64,000 nucleotides of DNA from Nitrosopumilus sp. (GCA_965249555.1 OZ252243.1:1248001-1312000), one strand, 5' to 3'. Positions 10,102 to 20,993 are shown, numbered from the stretch's first letter. The notes: generated by a model from the letters alone, not told the origin. Program-made: numbers and translations.

Positions 10102-10418
10102 TTTTTGTTATTAATTGCCTCATCGATACTTTTGAGCCAACTTTTTGTATTGAAAACTCCAAACTTGTAAGTTTGTTCATCTTTACCTGTCTTTACAGTA
10201 AAACATACTTTTTTTATTAACAATCCCTCTTTCCATGTTTTGGTTACATCCTCTAATGAAATATCCAGTATAGTATCACCCATATGTTTAGAAAAATCCA
10301 TCAATCGTGCCCTTGTTTTATCAAATGCTAATCTCTTGTTAGTTAATGTCAGAATTCCTGAACTTAAATTATCTTCACTACAATCTTCTTGTTTTATTTT
10401 TCTCTCTCCGTCTTCCAT
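10095..10418 (-). CDS. Hypothetical protein, PH/GRAM-like fold
   Basis: G.LTLTNKRLAF...ISLEDV pattern with a C-terminal W-containing helix. Confidence 0.55.
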   Translation of the reverse strand: MEDGERKIKQEDCSEDNLSSGILTLTNKRLAFDKTRARLMDFSKHMGDTILDISLEDVTKTWKEGLLIKKVCFTVKTGKDEQTYKFGVFNTKSWLKSIDEAINNKNQ

Positions 10419-10440
10419 GATTAATTTTTATTGAATCCCT

Positions 10441-11076
10441 TTGGATATAATGTTAATGAAATTAAGAAAAAAAGGAGCAGAAGCTGACATATATCAATCT
10501 AAATGGCAAAATTCTAAAGCAATTCTCAAAATTAGAAAAATAAAAAATTATCGTAATCCTTCTCTTGATTCAAAAATACGTAAACAAAGAACAATAAAAG
10601 AATCCCAAATCATATCTCTAGTAAAGTCGTTTGGAATTCCAACACCTCTTGTTTATTTTGTGAACTTGGAAAAAGCTATAATCGTAATGCAGGAAATTCC
10701 TGGAAAACCAGTTCATGATTTACCCGAATCAAAAATTATTGAATTATCCAAAGAAATTGGAAAATTAGTTGGAACATTGCACAAAAATGGAGTAATGCAC
10801 GGAGATTTGACAACATCAAACTTCATTTTGTTCCAAAACACTGTTTTTGTCATTGATTTTGGATTATCTCAAAATACAATAAAACCTGAAGATCATGCAG
10901 TTGATTTGAGATTAATCAAAGAAATTCTTAACAGTGCTCATGCAAAAATCATGGAACCTGCTTGGAAAAATTTCTTAATTGGTTACAAATCTATTGTTGG
11001 AAATGCAAATTACATTAAAATCACCAAACTAGTTTCAGATATTGAAAGTCGTGGTAGGTATGCAACAGTCATTTGA
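10441..11076 (+). CDS. bud32: KEOPS kinase Bud32 (start probably 10450-10456)
   Basis: KGAEA, HGDLTTSN, IDFGL, AVDL, RGRY. Confidence 0.93.
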   Translation: MDIMLMKLRKKGAEADIYQSKWQNSKAILKIRKIKNYRNPSLDSKIRKQRTIKESQIISLVKSFGIPTPLVYFVNLEKAIIVMQEIPGKPVHDLPESKIIELSKEIGKLVGTLHKNGVMHGDLTTSNFILFQNTVFVIDFGLSQNTIKPEDHAVDLRLIKEILNSAHAKIMEPAWKNFLIGYKSIVGNANYIKITKLVSDIESRGRYATVI

Positions 11077-11608
11077 TCTATTTTTTGTATCCTCAAATGG
11101 CCACAAATATCAAGAAGCAAAAAAAATTTTAGATTCTTTTGGAATAAAACTTGGTTTTTTCAAATTGGATTTAGAAGAGATTCAATCAAATTCACTTAAA
11201 GATATTGCATCAAAAAAAGCAAAAGATGCATTTTCAAAATGTAAAAAACCTATAATAATTGAAGATGACGGTTTGTTCATTGATTCCCTTGATGGATTTC
11301 CAGGTCCATATTCATCATATGTTTTAAAAACAATTGGAAACAAAGGAATTCTTAATCTTTTAAAAAATAACAGAAAGGCAAAGTTTGTCTCTATTATTAG
11401 CTATTGTGATAAAAAAACTCTACAATCTTTTGATGCAAAACTTGATGGTACTATATCGTATTCACAGAAAGGAAAAGGTTGGGGGTATGATCCAATTTTT
11501 ATACCAAAAAATACCCGGAAAACATTTGCTGAAATAAATAACAAAAATGAATTATCACATAGGTACAAAGCATTGAAAAAATTTTCTAATTGGTATTTGC
11601 ACAAGTAG
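11042..11608 (+). CDS. rdgB: RdgB/HAM1 non-canonical purine NTP pyrophosphatase (start probably 11060)
   Basis: EEIQ, EDDGL, GFPGPYS, GWGYDPIF, SHRYKA. Confidence 0.92.
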   Translation: MKVVVGMQQSFDLFFVSSNGHKYQEAKKILDSFGIKLGFFKLDLEEIQSNSLKDIASKKAKDAFSKCKKPIIIEDDGLFIDSLDGFPGPYSSYVLKTIGNKGILNLLKNNRKAKFVSIISYCDKKTLQSFDAKLDGTISYSQKGKGWGYDPIFIPKNTRKTFAEINNKNELSHRYKALKKFSNWYLHK

Positions 11609-12614
11609 GAATATAACGATCAATTAATCGTTCATTATTCTGTAAAATTGAAATTCTTGAAACAAAACTTTCATCCATTACTGAAAATATCTTACTTTGT
11701 TTTGCAACTTGTTCACTAAAATTTCTTATCTCTTCCATTTCTAACATATTAGAATGTTCTAATCTATTAGTTGACCGACCAATATGCATGTATGATTTTA
11801 TTTCAATAAAGTGTGGACTAGCTTTTCTAACCATTTCTGCAAATGCTGGAATCATTTCTTTTATGTCATTATAATCTCTAATCAAAGTAATTCTTAGAAC
11901 TGTTCTTGTTTTCAAATGTTTTAACATTGAAAGAGTTCTGTTCCATCTTTCCCATGAATCATCATATTTTGGTTGGTTTATTCTCTTAAATGATTCATAG
12001 TCTGCAGCGTTTGTTGATAAGTACAATTGTGTTGGTAATGCATCTTCATCTTGTAGTCTTTGTATCATATCTGGTTCTTGTCCATTAGTTACAAGAAAAG
12101 TTGATTTTGTTGCTTTAAGTGAGTGTAGATATTTGATTAGTTCTGGCAACTTTGGATACATTGTTGGTTCACCAGAAAGTGAAATTGCATAATGACTAGG
12201 TAATAATGATTCATCTAATCTTTGTTTATCGTTTCTTGAATCTCCATAATAGCCGTTGATCAGTTCTTTTCTCTCAATCATCAATTTTGTCAAGATCTCT
12301 TCAGGTTCTGCAACTTGTTTTGGATCCATTTTTAATGAATCATAAAATTCCATTGGTCTCCAACAATATACACAACGATTCTCACAATGCATTCCAGCTG
12401 GGGAAAACTCCATACATGCATGAGTTGAAATTCCGTAAAACTTGTGTTTGTAGCAATTTCCTTCATGTTTGAATGATTTTTTTGTCCAATGACATAATGC
12501 CACTGTAGCATGATCCGCAATTCCATACTTTGCTTTTTTTAATTGCTTGGCTATTGCAGGTTTTATCTGAATTAAACGATCATCTTCTTCAACTGTTTCT
12601 CCAGAGCAACTCAT
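11586..12614 (-). CDS. tyw1: Radical SAM 4-demethylwyosine synthase Tyw1/Taw1
   Basis: CHWTK, CYKHKFYGI, CENRCVYCWR, ISLSGEPT. Confidence 0.93.
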   Translation of the reverse strand: MSCSGETVEEDDRLIQIKPAIAKQLKKAKYGIADHATVALCHWTKKSFKHEGNCYKHKFYGISTHACMEFSPAGMHCENRCVYCWRPMEFYDSLKMDPKQVAEPEEILTKLMIERKELINGYYGDSRNDKQRLDESLLPSHYAISLSGEPTMYPKLPELIKYLHSLKATKSTFLVTNGQEPDMIQRLQDEDALPTQLYLSTNAADYESFKRINQPKYDDSWERWNRTLSMLKHLKTRTVLRITLIRDYNDIKEMIPAFAEMVRKASPHFIEIKSYMHIGRSTNRLEHSNMLEMEEIRNFSEQVAKQSKIFSVMDESFVSRISILQNNERLIDRYIPTCANTN

Positions 12615-12751
12615 GAATCCTATTCTAATTTCTGTTTACTTAAATTGATCGTGTTTTTTGTCCATCATGGAATTTTTCTTAAAACTTGTTACAATTTAGA
12701 GTCGATTCTAGAGTGAGGTTTAATAACTGGATCCCCAAGGTAATTTTAGCA

Positions 12752-15190
12752 TTGAAAAATATCCATACTTTATCATTCCTAGTTTTGCTTTTAGCTACAT
12801 TAACGAGTATGCCTATAAACTACACTTTTGCTGCTGAGGACTTGGATAATGATGGTATTGACGATTCAGTTGATGCATGTCCAAATTTGCAAGAAGATCA
12901 TGTTGGCCCTGCTGATGGCTGTCCATCAGACTTTGTTCCATGGTATGATGAAGACTATGATGGAATACAAGATCATCTTGATCAATGTCCAAATATCAGA
13001 GAAAATTACAACGGCTTCCAAGACGATGACGGTTGCCCTGACACAATTTCTGAAGGTGGAGCAGGTGGATTACCAGATTCTGATGGTGATGGTTTTGTTG
13101 ACACGAAAGATTCATGTCCAAATCAACCAGAGACATTCAATGGTGTTTTAGATAGAGATGGTTGTCCAGATGATTTTGGTGCAGGTGACCGAGATTTAGA
13201 TGGAGTTCCAGATCCTGTAGATGCATGTCCACTGAGTGCAGAAAATTACAATAGATTCCAAGACGATGATGGATGTCCAGATTCTGTTCCAGGTTATTCT
13301 TTTGCTGATACAGATAATGATAGTATTCCAGATAACATTGATTTATGCATAAACGATCCAGAAGTGTATAATGGTTATCTTGATACAGACGGTTGCCCTG
13401 ATGTTCAATTAAATTCTTCATTTGATGATAAAGATGGTGACGGAATAGCAGATCAATTCGATATCTGTCCTAATAATGCAGAAACTTACAATAGATTTTC
13501 TGATTATGATGGCTGTCCAGATTCACTTCCATCGTTTACTGGTACATTAAATGATATAGATGGTGATAGAGTTATGGATGCTGATGATGCATGTCCTTTA
13601 GATCCTGAAAGATACAACGGCTTCCAAGACGATGACGGTTGTCCAGACATTCCTCCTTATTCTAGTGATACTGATTCAGACCTTGATGGAATTCCAAATA
13701 GTATTGATCAATGTCCACATGTGAAAGAAACTTACAATCGATATCAAGACGATGACGGTTGTCCAGACTTTCTTAGTGATGCTAGTGGAGTTCCAGACAC
13801 TGATGGTGATGGAATTAATGATTATGTAGATTTATGTCCAAACGAACCAGAAACATTCAATGGTATTTTAGATAGGGATGGCTGTCCAGATGAGTATTTC
13901 TCAAAGAATGATCGTGACTTGGATGGAATTCCTGATAATCTAGATCAATGTCCAACTGCTAAAGAAACTTACAATAGATTCCAAGACGATGACGGCTGCC
14001 CTGATACTATTTCTGAATTTTCAGAATCAGATTTTGATGGCGATAGAATTTCTGATTTGAAAGATAAATGTCCTCTCGAACCAGAAGTGTATAATAACTA
14101 TCAGGATACAGACGGTTGTCCAGATGTTCTAGTTTCAGATTCTGATAATGATGGAATCAGAGATACATTAGATCAATGTCCTACAGCTGCAGAAACTTGG
14201 AATAGATATCAAGACGATGACGGCTGCCCTGATAACCCGTCAGAATCTGATTCAGACTTTGATGGTATCTTAGATTCAGTGGATCAATGCCCTCTTGACA
14301 GAGAACGTTACAATGGCTTCCAAGACGAAGACGGCTGCCCAGATTATCCTGATTTTGTTACTACCTTTGATTCAGACTTTGATGGAATTCCTGACGAGTC
14401 AGATCAATGTCCATTAGTTCCAGAAACTTACAATAAATTCCAAGACGAAGACGGCTGCCCAGACCTTGTAGCAGATAATAAAGAAACTCCAGATACCGAC
14501 AATGATGGAATTAATGATTACAGAGATCACTGTCCAAACCAACCAGAAACATATAATGGAATTCTTGATTTAGACGGTTGTCCAGATGAGTATTTCTCAA
14601 AGAGTGATCGTGACTTGGATGGATTACCAGATGCTATTGATGTATGTCCAACTGCTAAAGAAACTTACAATAGATATCAAGACGATGACGGCTGCCCAGA
14701 TTTCATATCAGAATCATTTGTAGTTGACTCTGATAATGATGGCATTAATGACGTATATGATGATTGCCCTCTAGTTGCTGAAAACTATAATGGATTCCAA
14801 GACGATGACGGTTGCCCAGATGTTGATGACATTCAACCTGATTCTGATGGTGATGGTGTTTCAGATGTGATGGATATGTGTCCAGAACAAAACGAAACTT
14901 GGAATAGATATGTTGATTATGACGGTTGCCCTGATGTCGTGCCAACTGGAAATATTACAATTGATAGTGATGATGATGGCATAAATGATGAGATTGATTT
15001 ATGTCCAAATGAAAAAGAATCTTGGAACAAGTACAATGATCATGACGGCTGTCCTGACATTGCTCCAGAACAATCAAGATACAAACATGATGCTGATTTA
15101 GACAATATTATCAATGACTATGACTTGTGTCCTTTAGAACCAGAGGATTATGATGGTGATAGAGATACCGACGGCTGTCCAGACCCTTAG
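12752..15190 (+). CDS. Secreted thrombospondin type-3 repeat (Ca-binding) protein 1
   Basis: Signal peptide from TTG 12752 (the ORF extends upstream to 12686). About 20 units of D.D.DGI.D..D.CP...E.YN..QD.DGCPD. Confidence 0.88.
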   Translation: MKNIHTLSFLVLLLATLTSMPINYTFAAEDLDNDGIDDSVDACPNLQEDHVGPADGCPSDFVPWYDEDYDGIQDHLDQCPNIRENYNGFQDDDGCPDTISEGGAGGLPDSDGDGFVDTKDSCPNQPETFNGVLDRDGCPDDFGAGDRDLDGVPDPVDACPLSAENYNRFQDDDGCPDSVPGYSFADTDNDSIPDNIDLCINDPEVYNGYLDTDGCPDVQLNSSFDDKDGDGIADQFDICPNNAETYNRFSDYDGCPDSLPSFTGTLNDIDGDRVMDADDACPLDPERYNGFQDDDGCPDIPPYSSDTDSDLDGIPNSIDQCPHVKETYNRYQDDDGCPDFLSDASGVPDTDGDGINDYVDLCPNEPETFNGILDRDGCPDEYFSKNDRDLDGIPDNLDQCPTAKETYNRFQDDDGCPDTISEFSESDFDGDRISDLKDKCPLEPEVYNNYQDTDGCPDVLVSDSDNDGIRDTLDQCPTAAETWNRYQDDDGCPDNPSESDSDFDGILDSVDQCPLDRERYNGFQDEDGCPDYPDFVTTFDSDFDGIPDESDQCPLVPETYNKFQDEDGCPDLVADNKETPDTDNDGINDYRDHCPNQPETYNGILDLDGCPDEYFSKSDRDLDGLPDAIDVCPTAKETYNRYQDDDGCPDFISESFVVDSDNDGINDVYDDCPLVAENYNGFQDDDGCPDVDDIQPDSDGDGVSDVMDMCPEQNETWNRYVDYDGCPDVVPTGNITIDSDDDGINDEIDLCPNEKESWNKYNDHDGCPDIAPEQSRYKHDADLDNIINDYDLCPLEPEDYDGDRDTDGCPDP

Positions 15191-15199
15191 TCTCGTAAA

Positions 15200-18100
15200 A
15201 TGAAAAAACAATATCTTTTAGGATTTTTGCTTTTACTTACTTCTACCATTGGTATGCTACCAGGTAGTGTTTATGCAACTGAAGTAATTGATTCTGATGG
15301 TGATGGAGTGCCAAATGATTTAGATCAATGTCCTAACCTTCTTGAAGATTATGACTCACAATATGGCACCAACATAGACGGCTGTCCTGCAGACTTTGTT
15401 CCATGGTATGATGCAGACTTTGATGGAATACAAGATCATCTAGATAACTGTCCAACTGTAAAGGAAACTTACAACAAATTCCAAGATGATGACGGCTGCC
15501 CTGATTTATCACCTGTTGATGGAAAAGGTATTGCTGATTCTGATGGTGATAATTATCCTGATTATCTGGATTTATGTCCAAATCAACCAGAGACATTCAA
15601 TGGCATTGATGACAAAGACGGTTGCCCTGATGATTTCGCTACTTTAACAGATAGTGATCAAGATGGCATTTCTGATACAATGGATGCATGTCCACTAGAA
15701 TCTGAAACTTACAATCTTTACTTAGATGAAGACGGCTGTCCAGATTCTGTTGATACAATAGATTCAACATACACTTTCCCAGATACTGATGGTGATGGAA
15801 TTGAAGATAGATGGGATGCATGTATTGATGAGCCTGAAAATTTCAATGGATTCCTAGACTCTGATGGTTGTCCAGATGTTGAGGGCACAACTGCAGATGC
15901 CATACTTGATGCTGATTATGACGGAATCCCAGATGATAGAGATGCTTGTCCCTTAGAGCGTGAGAATTACAATAAATTCCAAGACGAAGACGGTTGTCCT
16001 GATGAAATTGAATTTTCAACTATAGGTGATGCTGATGGTGATGGCATTGTAGATCCAAATGATTCTTGTCCTTTTAGTCCTGAAACTTATAATAAATTCC
16101 AAGACGATGACGGCTGCCCTGATTATGTAGCAGACAACAAACTTACTGCTGATACTGATGGTGATGGCATTGCAGATGTTTTAGACTTGTGTCCAAATCA
16201 ACCAGAAACATTCAATGGCATTGATGACAAAGATGGTTGTCCTGATAGCTTTGATTCTAAACTTGATTCTGATATGGATGGCATTATAGATACAATGGAT
16301 GCATGTCCACTAGAACCTGAAACTTACAATAGATTCCTAGATGACGATGGATGCCCTGACACTGCTGATTCCATTGTTTCATCTTACCTCTTCCCAGATA
16401 CTGATGGTGATGGAATTGAAGATAGATGGGATGCATGTATTGATGAGCCTGAAAATTTCAATGGATTCCTAGACTCTGATGGTTGTCCAGATGTTGAGGG
16501 CACAACTGCAGATGCCATACTTGATGCTGATTATGACGGAATCCAAGATCATTTAGATCAATGTCCAGCATTAGCTGAAAGATACAACGGATTCCAAGAT
16601 GAAGACGGATGTCCCGATGCTATTGATTATCAAACAGTCGGTGATACTGATGGTGATGGCATCTATGATGATGTAGATCAATGTCCAACTGCTAAAGAAA
16701 CTTACAATTTTTACTTGGATGGTGATGGCTGCCCTGATTATGTAGCAGACAACAAACTTTCTGCTGATACTGATGGTGATGGCATTGCAGATGTTTTAGA
16801 CTTGTGCCCAAATCAACCAGAAACATTCAATGGCATTGATGACAAAGATGGTTGTCCTGATAGCTTTGATTTTAAACTTGATTCTGATATGGATGGCATT
16901 ATAGATACAATGGATGCATGTCCACTAGAACCTGAAACTTACAATAGATTCCTAGATGACGATGGATGCCCTGACACTGCTGATTCCATTGTTTCATCTT
17001 ACCTCTTCCCAGATACTGATGGTGATGGAATTGAAGATAGATGGGATGCATGTATTGATGAGCCTGAAAATTTCAATGGATTCCTAGACTCTGATGGTTG
17101 TCCAGATGTTGAGGGCACAACTGCAGATGCTATACTTGATGCTGATTATGACGGAATCCCAGATGATAGAGATGCTTGTCCCTTAGAGCGTGAGAATTAT
17201 AATAGATATCTTGATGAAGACGGATGTCCCGATGCTATTGATTATCAAATAGTTGGTGATGCTGATGGTGATGGCATTGCAGATCCAAATGATTCTTGTC
17301 CTTTTAGTCCTGAAACTTATAATAAATTCCAAGACGATGACGGCTGCCCTGATTATGTAGCAGACAACAAACTTTCTGCTGATACTGATGGTGATGGCAT
17401 TGCAGATGTTTTAGACTTGTGTCCAAATCAACCAGAAACATTCAATGGCATTGATGACAAAGATGGTTGTCCTGATAGCTTTGATTCTAAACTTGATTCT
17501 GATATGGATGGCATTATAGATACAATGGATGCATGTCCACTAGAACCTGAAACTTACAATCTTTACTTAGATGAAGACGGCTGTCCAGATTCTGTTGATA
17601 CAATAGATTCAACATACACTTTCCCAGATACTGATGGTGATGGAATTGAAGATAGATGGGATGCATGTATTGATGAGCCTGAAAATTACAATGGATTCCT
17701 AGACTCTGATGGTTGTCCAGATGTTGAGGGCACAACTGCAGATGCTATACTTGATGCTGATTATGACGGAATCCAAGATCATTTAGATCAATGTCCAGCA
17801 TTAGCTGAAAGATACAACGGATTCCAAGATGAAGACGGATGTCCCGATGCTATTGATTATCAAACAGTCGGTGATACTGATGGTGATGGCATCTATGATG
17901 ATGTAGATGAATGTCCAACTGCTAAAGAAACTTACAATTTTTACTTGGATGGTGATGGCTGTCCTGATTATGTAGCAGACAACAAATTTACTGTTGATTC
18001 TGATGGCGACATGATTCCAGATGTTTTAGACTTGTGTCCAAATCAACCAGAGACATTCAATGGATTCCTAGATGGTGATGGTTGTCCTGATAGCTTTGAT

Positions 18101-18601
18101 TCTGTACTTGATTCTGATATGGATGGCATTATAGATACAATGGATGCATGTCCACTAGAACCTGAAACTTACAATCTTTACTTAGATGAAGACGGCTGTC
18201 CAGATTCTGTTGATACAATAGATTCAACATACACTTTCCCAGATACTGATGGTGATGGAATTGATGATAGATGGGATCAATGCTTAAACGAGCCTGAAAA
18301 TTATAATGGATTCCTAGACTCTGATGGCTGCCCAGATATCCTTGGTGCAGAATCAACCTCTCCTACATATGCTGATTCTGATGGTGATGGATATCCAGAT
18401 GTGACTGACTCTTGTCCAACAAGCCCAGAAACTTGGAATAAATATCTAGACTCTGATGGCTGCCCAGATACTGCTCCAGAACAAAAGAGATTTGCCCATG
18501 ATGATGATCTAGATGGCATCATTAATGATGAAGATTCATGTCCTCTTGATCCTGAAGATTATGATGGAGATAGAGACTCTGACGGCTGTCCAGATCCATA
18601 A
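15200..18601 (+). CDS. Secreted thrombospondin type-3 repeat protein 2
   Basis: Signal peptide MKKQYLLGFLLL...; about 27 repeat units with 615-nt periodicity. Confidence 0.9.
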   Translation: MKKQYLLGFLLLLTSTIGMLPGSVYATEVIDSDGDGVPNDLDQCPNLLEDYDSQYGTNIDGCPADFVPWYDADFDGIQDHLDNCPTVKETYNKFQDDDGCPDLSPVDGKGIADSDGDNYPDYLDLCPNQPETFNGIDDKDGCPDDFATLTDSDQDGISDTMDACPLESETYNLYLDEDGCPDSVDTIDSTYTFPDTDGDGIEDRWDACIDEPENFNGFLDSDGCPDVEGTTADAILDADYDGIPDDRDACPLERENYNKFQDEDGCPDEIEFSTIGDADGDGIVDPNDSCPFSPETYNKFQDDDGCPDYVADNKLTADTDGDGIADVLDLCPNQPETFNGIDDKDGCPDSFDSKLDSDMDGIIDTMDACPLEPETYNRFLDDDGCPDTADSIVSSYLFPDTDGDGIEDRWDACIDEPENFNGFLDSDGCPDVEGTTADAILDADYDGIQDHLDQCPALAERYNGFQDEDGCPDAIDYQTVGDTDGDGIYDDVDQCPTAKETYNFYLDGDGCPDYVADNKLSADTDGDGIADVLDLCPNQPETFNGIDDKDGCPDSFDFKLDSDMDGIIDTMDACPLEPETYNRFLDDDGCPDTADSIVSSYLFPDTDGDGIEDRWDACIDEPENFNGFLDSDGCPDVEGTTADAILDADYDGIPDDRDACPLERENYNRYLDEDGCPDAIDYQIVGDADGDGIADPNDSCPFSPETYNKFQDDDGCPDYVADNKLSADTDGDGIADVLDLCPNQPETFNGIDDKDGCPDSFDSKLDSDMDGIIDTMDACPLEPETYNLYLDEDGCPDSVDTIDSTYTFPDTDGDGIEDRWDACIDEPENYNGFLDSDGCPDVEGTTADAILDADYDGIQDHLDQCPALAERYNGFQDEDGCPDAIDYQTVGDTDGDGIYDDVDECPTAKETYNFYLDGDGCPDYVADNKFTVDSDGDMIPDVLDLCPNQPETFNGFLDGDGCPDSFDSVLDSDMDGIIDTMDACPLEPETYNLYLDEDGCPDSVDTIDSTYTFPDTDGDGIDDRWDQCLNEPENYNGFLDSDGCPDILGAESTSPTYADSDGDGYPDVTDSCPTSPETWNKYLDSDGCPDTAPEQKRFAHDDDLDGIINDEDSCPLDPEDYDGDRDSDGCPDP
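15640..18340 (+). repeat. 615-nt (5-unit, 205-aa) higher-order tandem repeat
   Basis: TTCCCAGATACTGATGGTGATGGAATTGA occurs at 15776, 16391, 17006, 17621 and 18236. Confidence 0.9.
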
Positions 18602-18688
18602 ACAATCTTTTTCTTGATTTTAAAATTATAGAAGAATCTATTTAACGTGAAACTTAATAAATACTTGATAATAGCGGAGTCAGAGAGA

Positions 18689-20932
18689 ATGAAAAAACAA
18701 TATCTTTTAGGATTTTTACTTTTACTTACCTCTACCGTTGGTATGTTACCAAGTAGCATATTTGCAACTGAAGGAATTGATTCTGATGGAGATGGAGTAC
18801 CAAACGCTCTTGATTTTTGCCCTAACCTTCTTGAAGATTATGACCCACAATATGGAAATGATATTGATGGCTGTCCTGCAGACTTTGTTCCATGGTATGA
18901 TGCAGACTTTGATGGAATACAAGATCATCTAGATAACTGTCCAACTGTAAAGGAAACTTACAATAGATTCCAAGATGAAGACGGCTGTCCTGATTTATCA
19001 CCTGTTGATGGAAAAGGTATTGCTGATTCTGATGGTGATAATTATCCTGATTATCTGGATTTATGTCCAAACCAACCAGAGACATTCAATGGCATTGATG
19101 ACAAAGACGGTTGCCCTGACGATGTCTTTATTTTAACAGATAGTGATCAAGATGGCATTTCTGATACAATGGATGCATGTCCACTAGAACCTGAAACTTA
19201 CAATCTTTACTTAGATGAAGACGGCTGTCCAGACTCTGTTGATACAATAGATTCAACATACACTTTCCCAGATACTGATGGTGATGGAATTGATGATAGA
19301 TGGGATCAATGCTTAAACGAGCCTGAAAATTACAATGGATTCCTAGATTGGGACGGATGTTTTGATGTATCTGGTGCAACATCTAATGCTTTGATTGATT
19401 CCGATTATGATAGCATTCCTGATTTTGTTGATGCTTGTCCATTAGACCGTGAAAATTACAATAAATTCCAAGATGAAGACGGTTGCCCTGATGAAATTGA
19501 ATTTTCAATTACAGGTGATTCTGATGGTGATGGTATTGCAGATATTTCTGATATGTGTCCTTATGCTAAAGAGACTTACAACAAATTCCAAGATGAAGAC
19601 GGTTGTCCTGATGCTATATACGACAATAAATTAACTGCTGATACTGATGGCGACCTAATTCCAGATGTTTTAGACTTGTGTCCAAACCAACCAGAGACAT
19701 TCAATGGATTCCTAGACTCTGATGGCTGTCCTGATAGCTTTGATTCTGTACTTGATTCTGATATAGATGGTATTGTAGATACAATGGATGCATGTCCACT
19801 AGAACCTGAAACTTACAACTTTTTCAAAGATGAAGACGGCTGTCCTGATGCCACTGGCTCTATCATTTTATCTCATCCCTTTGCAGATGTTGATGGTGAC
19901 GGTGTAGATGATAGATGGGATGCATGTCTTGATGAGCCAGAAAACTATAATGGTTATTTGGATTCTGATGGATGTCCTGATGTTCCAGGAATCTCAAAAT
20001 CTGCATTACCTGATTCTGATTATGATGAAATCCCAGATCATTTAGATCAATGTCCAACATTAGCTGAAAGATACAACGGATTCCAAGATGAAGATGGATG
20101 TCCTGATGCCTTAGCTTATGATTCCTTTGGAGATGCTGACTTTGATGGAGTTACTGATGATGTGGATGAATGTCCTTATGCCAGAGAAACTTACAACAAA
20201 TTCCAAGATGAAGACGGATGCCCTGATGCTATATACGACAATAAATTAACTGCTGATACTGATGGCGACCTAATTCCAGATGTTTTAGACTTGTGTCCAA
20301 ATCAACCAGAGACATTCAATGGCATTGATGACAAAGACGGTTGTCCTGATAAATTTGTATTTACACTTGATTCTGATGGTGATGGTATTGCAGATATTTC
20401 TGATGCATGTCCACTAGAACCTGAAACTTACAACTTTTATCAAGATGAAGACGGCTGTCCTGACTCAACTGATTCTATTACTCCATCTCACATCTGGGAT
20501 ACTGGATTCGGTATCGGCGCATGGACTGGTCCTGACTCAACTGATTCTATTACTCCATCTTACATCTTTGCAGATGTTGATACTGATGGTATAGATGATA
20601 GATGGGATGCATGTATTGGTGAGCAAGAGAACTTTAATGGATACTTGGATTGGGACGGTTGCCCAGATGTGTTAGCAGCAGAATCTACCATACCTACAAG
20701 TATTGACTCTGATGGTGATGGATATTATGATACCATTGATTCCTGTCCAACAAGCCCAGAAACATGGAACAAGTACAATGATCATGACGGCTGCCCAGAT
20801 ACTGCTCCAGAACAACAGAGATTTGCCCATGATGATGATCTAGATGGCATCATTAATGATGAAGATTCATGTCCTCTTGATCCTGAAGATTATGATGGAG
20901 ATAGAGACGATGACGGCTGTCCAGATAACTAA
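18689..20932 (+). CDS. Secreted thrombospondin type-3 repeat protein 3
   Basis: ATG at 18689 gives a signal peptide nearly identical to protein 2; about 18 units. Confidence 0.9.
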   Translation: MKKQYLLGFLLLLTSTVGMLPSSIFATEGIDSDGDGVPNALDFCPNLLEDYDPQYGNDIDGCPADFVPWYDADFDGIQDHLDNCPTVKETYNRFQDEDGCPDLSPVDGKGIADSDGDNYPDYLDLCPNQPETFNGIDDKDGCPDDVFILTDSDQDGISDTMDACPLEPETYNLYLDEDGCPDSVDTIDSTYTFPDTDGDGIDDRWDQCLNEPENYNGFLDWDGCFDVSGATSNALIDSDYDSIPDFVDACPLDRENYNKFQDEDGCPDEIEFSITGDSDGDGIADISDMCPYAKETYNKFQDEDGCPDAIYDNKLTADTDGDLIPDVLDLCPNQPETFNGFLDSDGCPDSFDSVLDSDIDGIVDTMDACPLEPETYNFFKDEDGCPDATGSIILSHPFADVDGDGVDDRWDACLDEPENYNGYLDSDGCPDVPGISKSALPDSDYDEIPDHLDQCPTLAERYNGFQDEDGCPDALAYDSFGDADFDGVTDDVDECPYARETYNKFQDEDGCPDAIYDNKLTADTDGDLIPDVLDLCPNQPETFNGIDDKDGCPDKFVFTLDSDGDGIADISDACPLEPETYNFYQDEDGCPDSTDSITPSHIWDTGFGIGAWTGPDSTDSITPSYIFADVDTDGIDDRWDACIGEQENFNGYLDWDGCPDVLAAESTIPTSIDSDGDGYYDTIDSCPTSPETWNKYNDHDGCPDTAPEQQRFAHDDDLDGIINDEDSCPLDPEDYDGDRDDDGCPDN

Positions 20933-20993
20933 TACGACATTTTTTGCATAAATTTTTGATATAGTAAATATATTCGGATTGTAGAATTATCTC

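Noticed and set aside
12828-20060. Many short alternative-frame and antisense ORFs (His/Gln-rich) within the thrombospondin genes
   Set aside because: Shadow ORFs produced by GAT/GAC-rich repeats.
15200-20932. Possible diversity-generating retroelement (near-identical repeats between genes)
   Set aside because: No reverse transcriptase in the window, and the differences are not adenine-specific.
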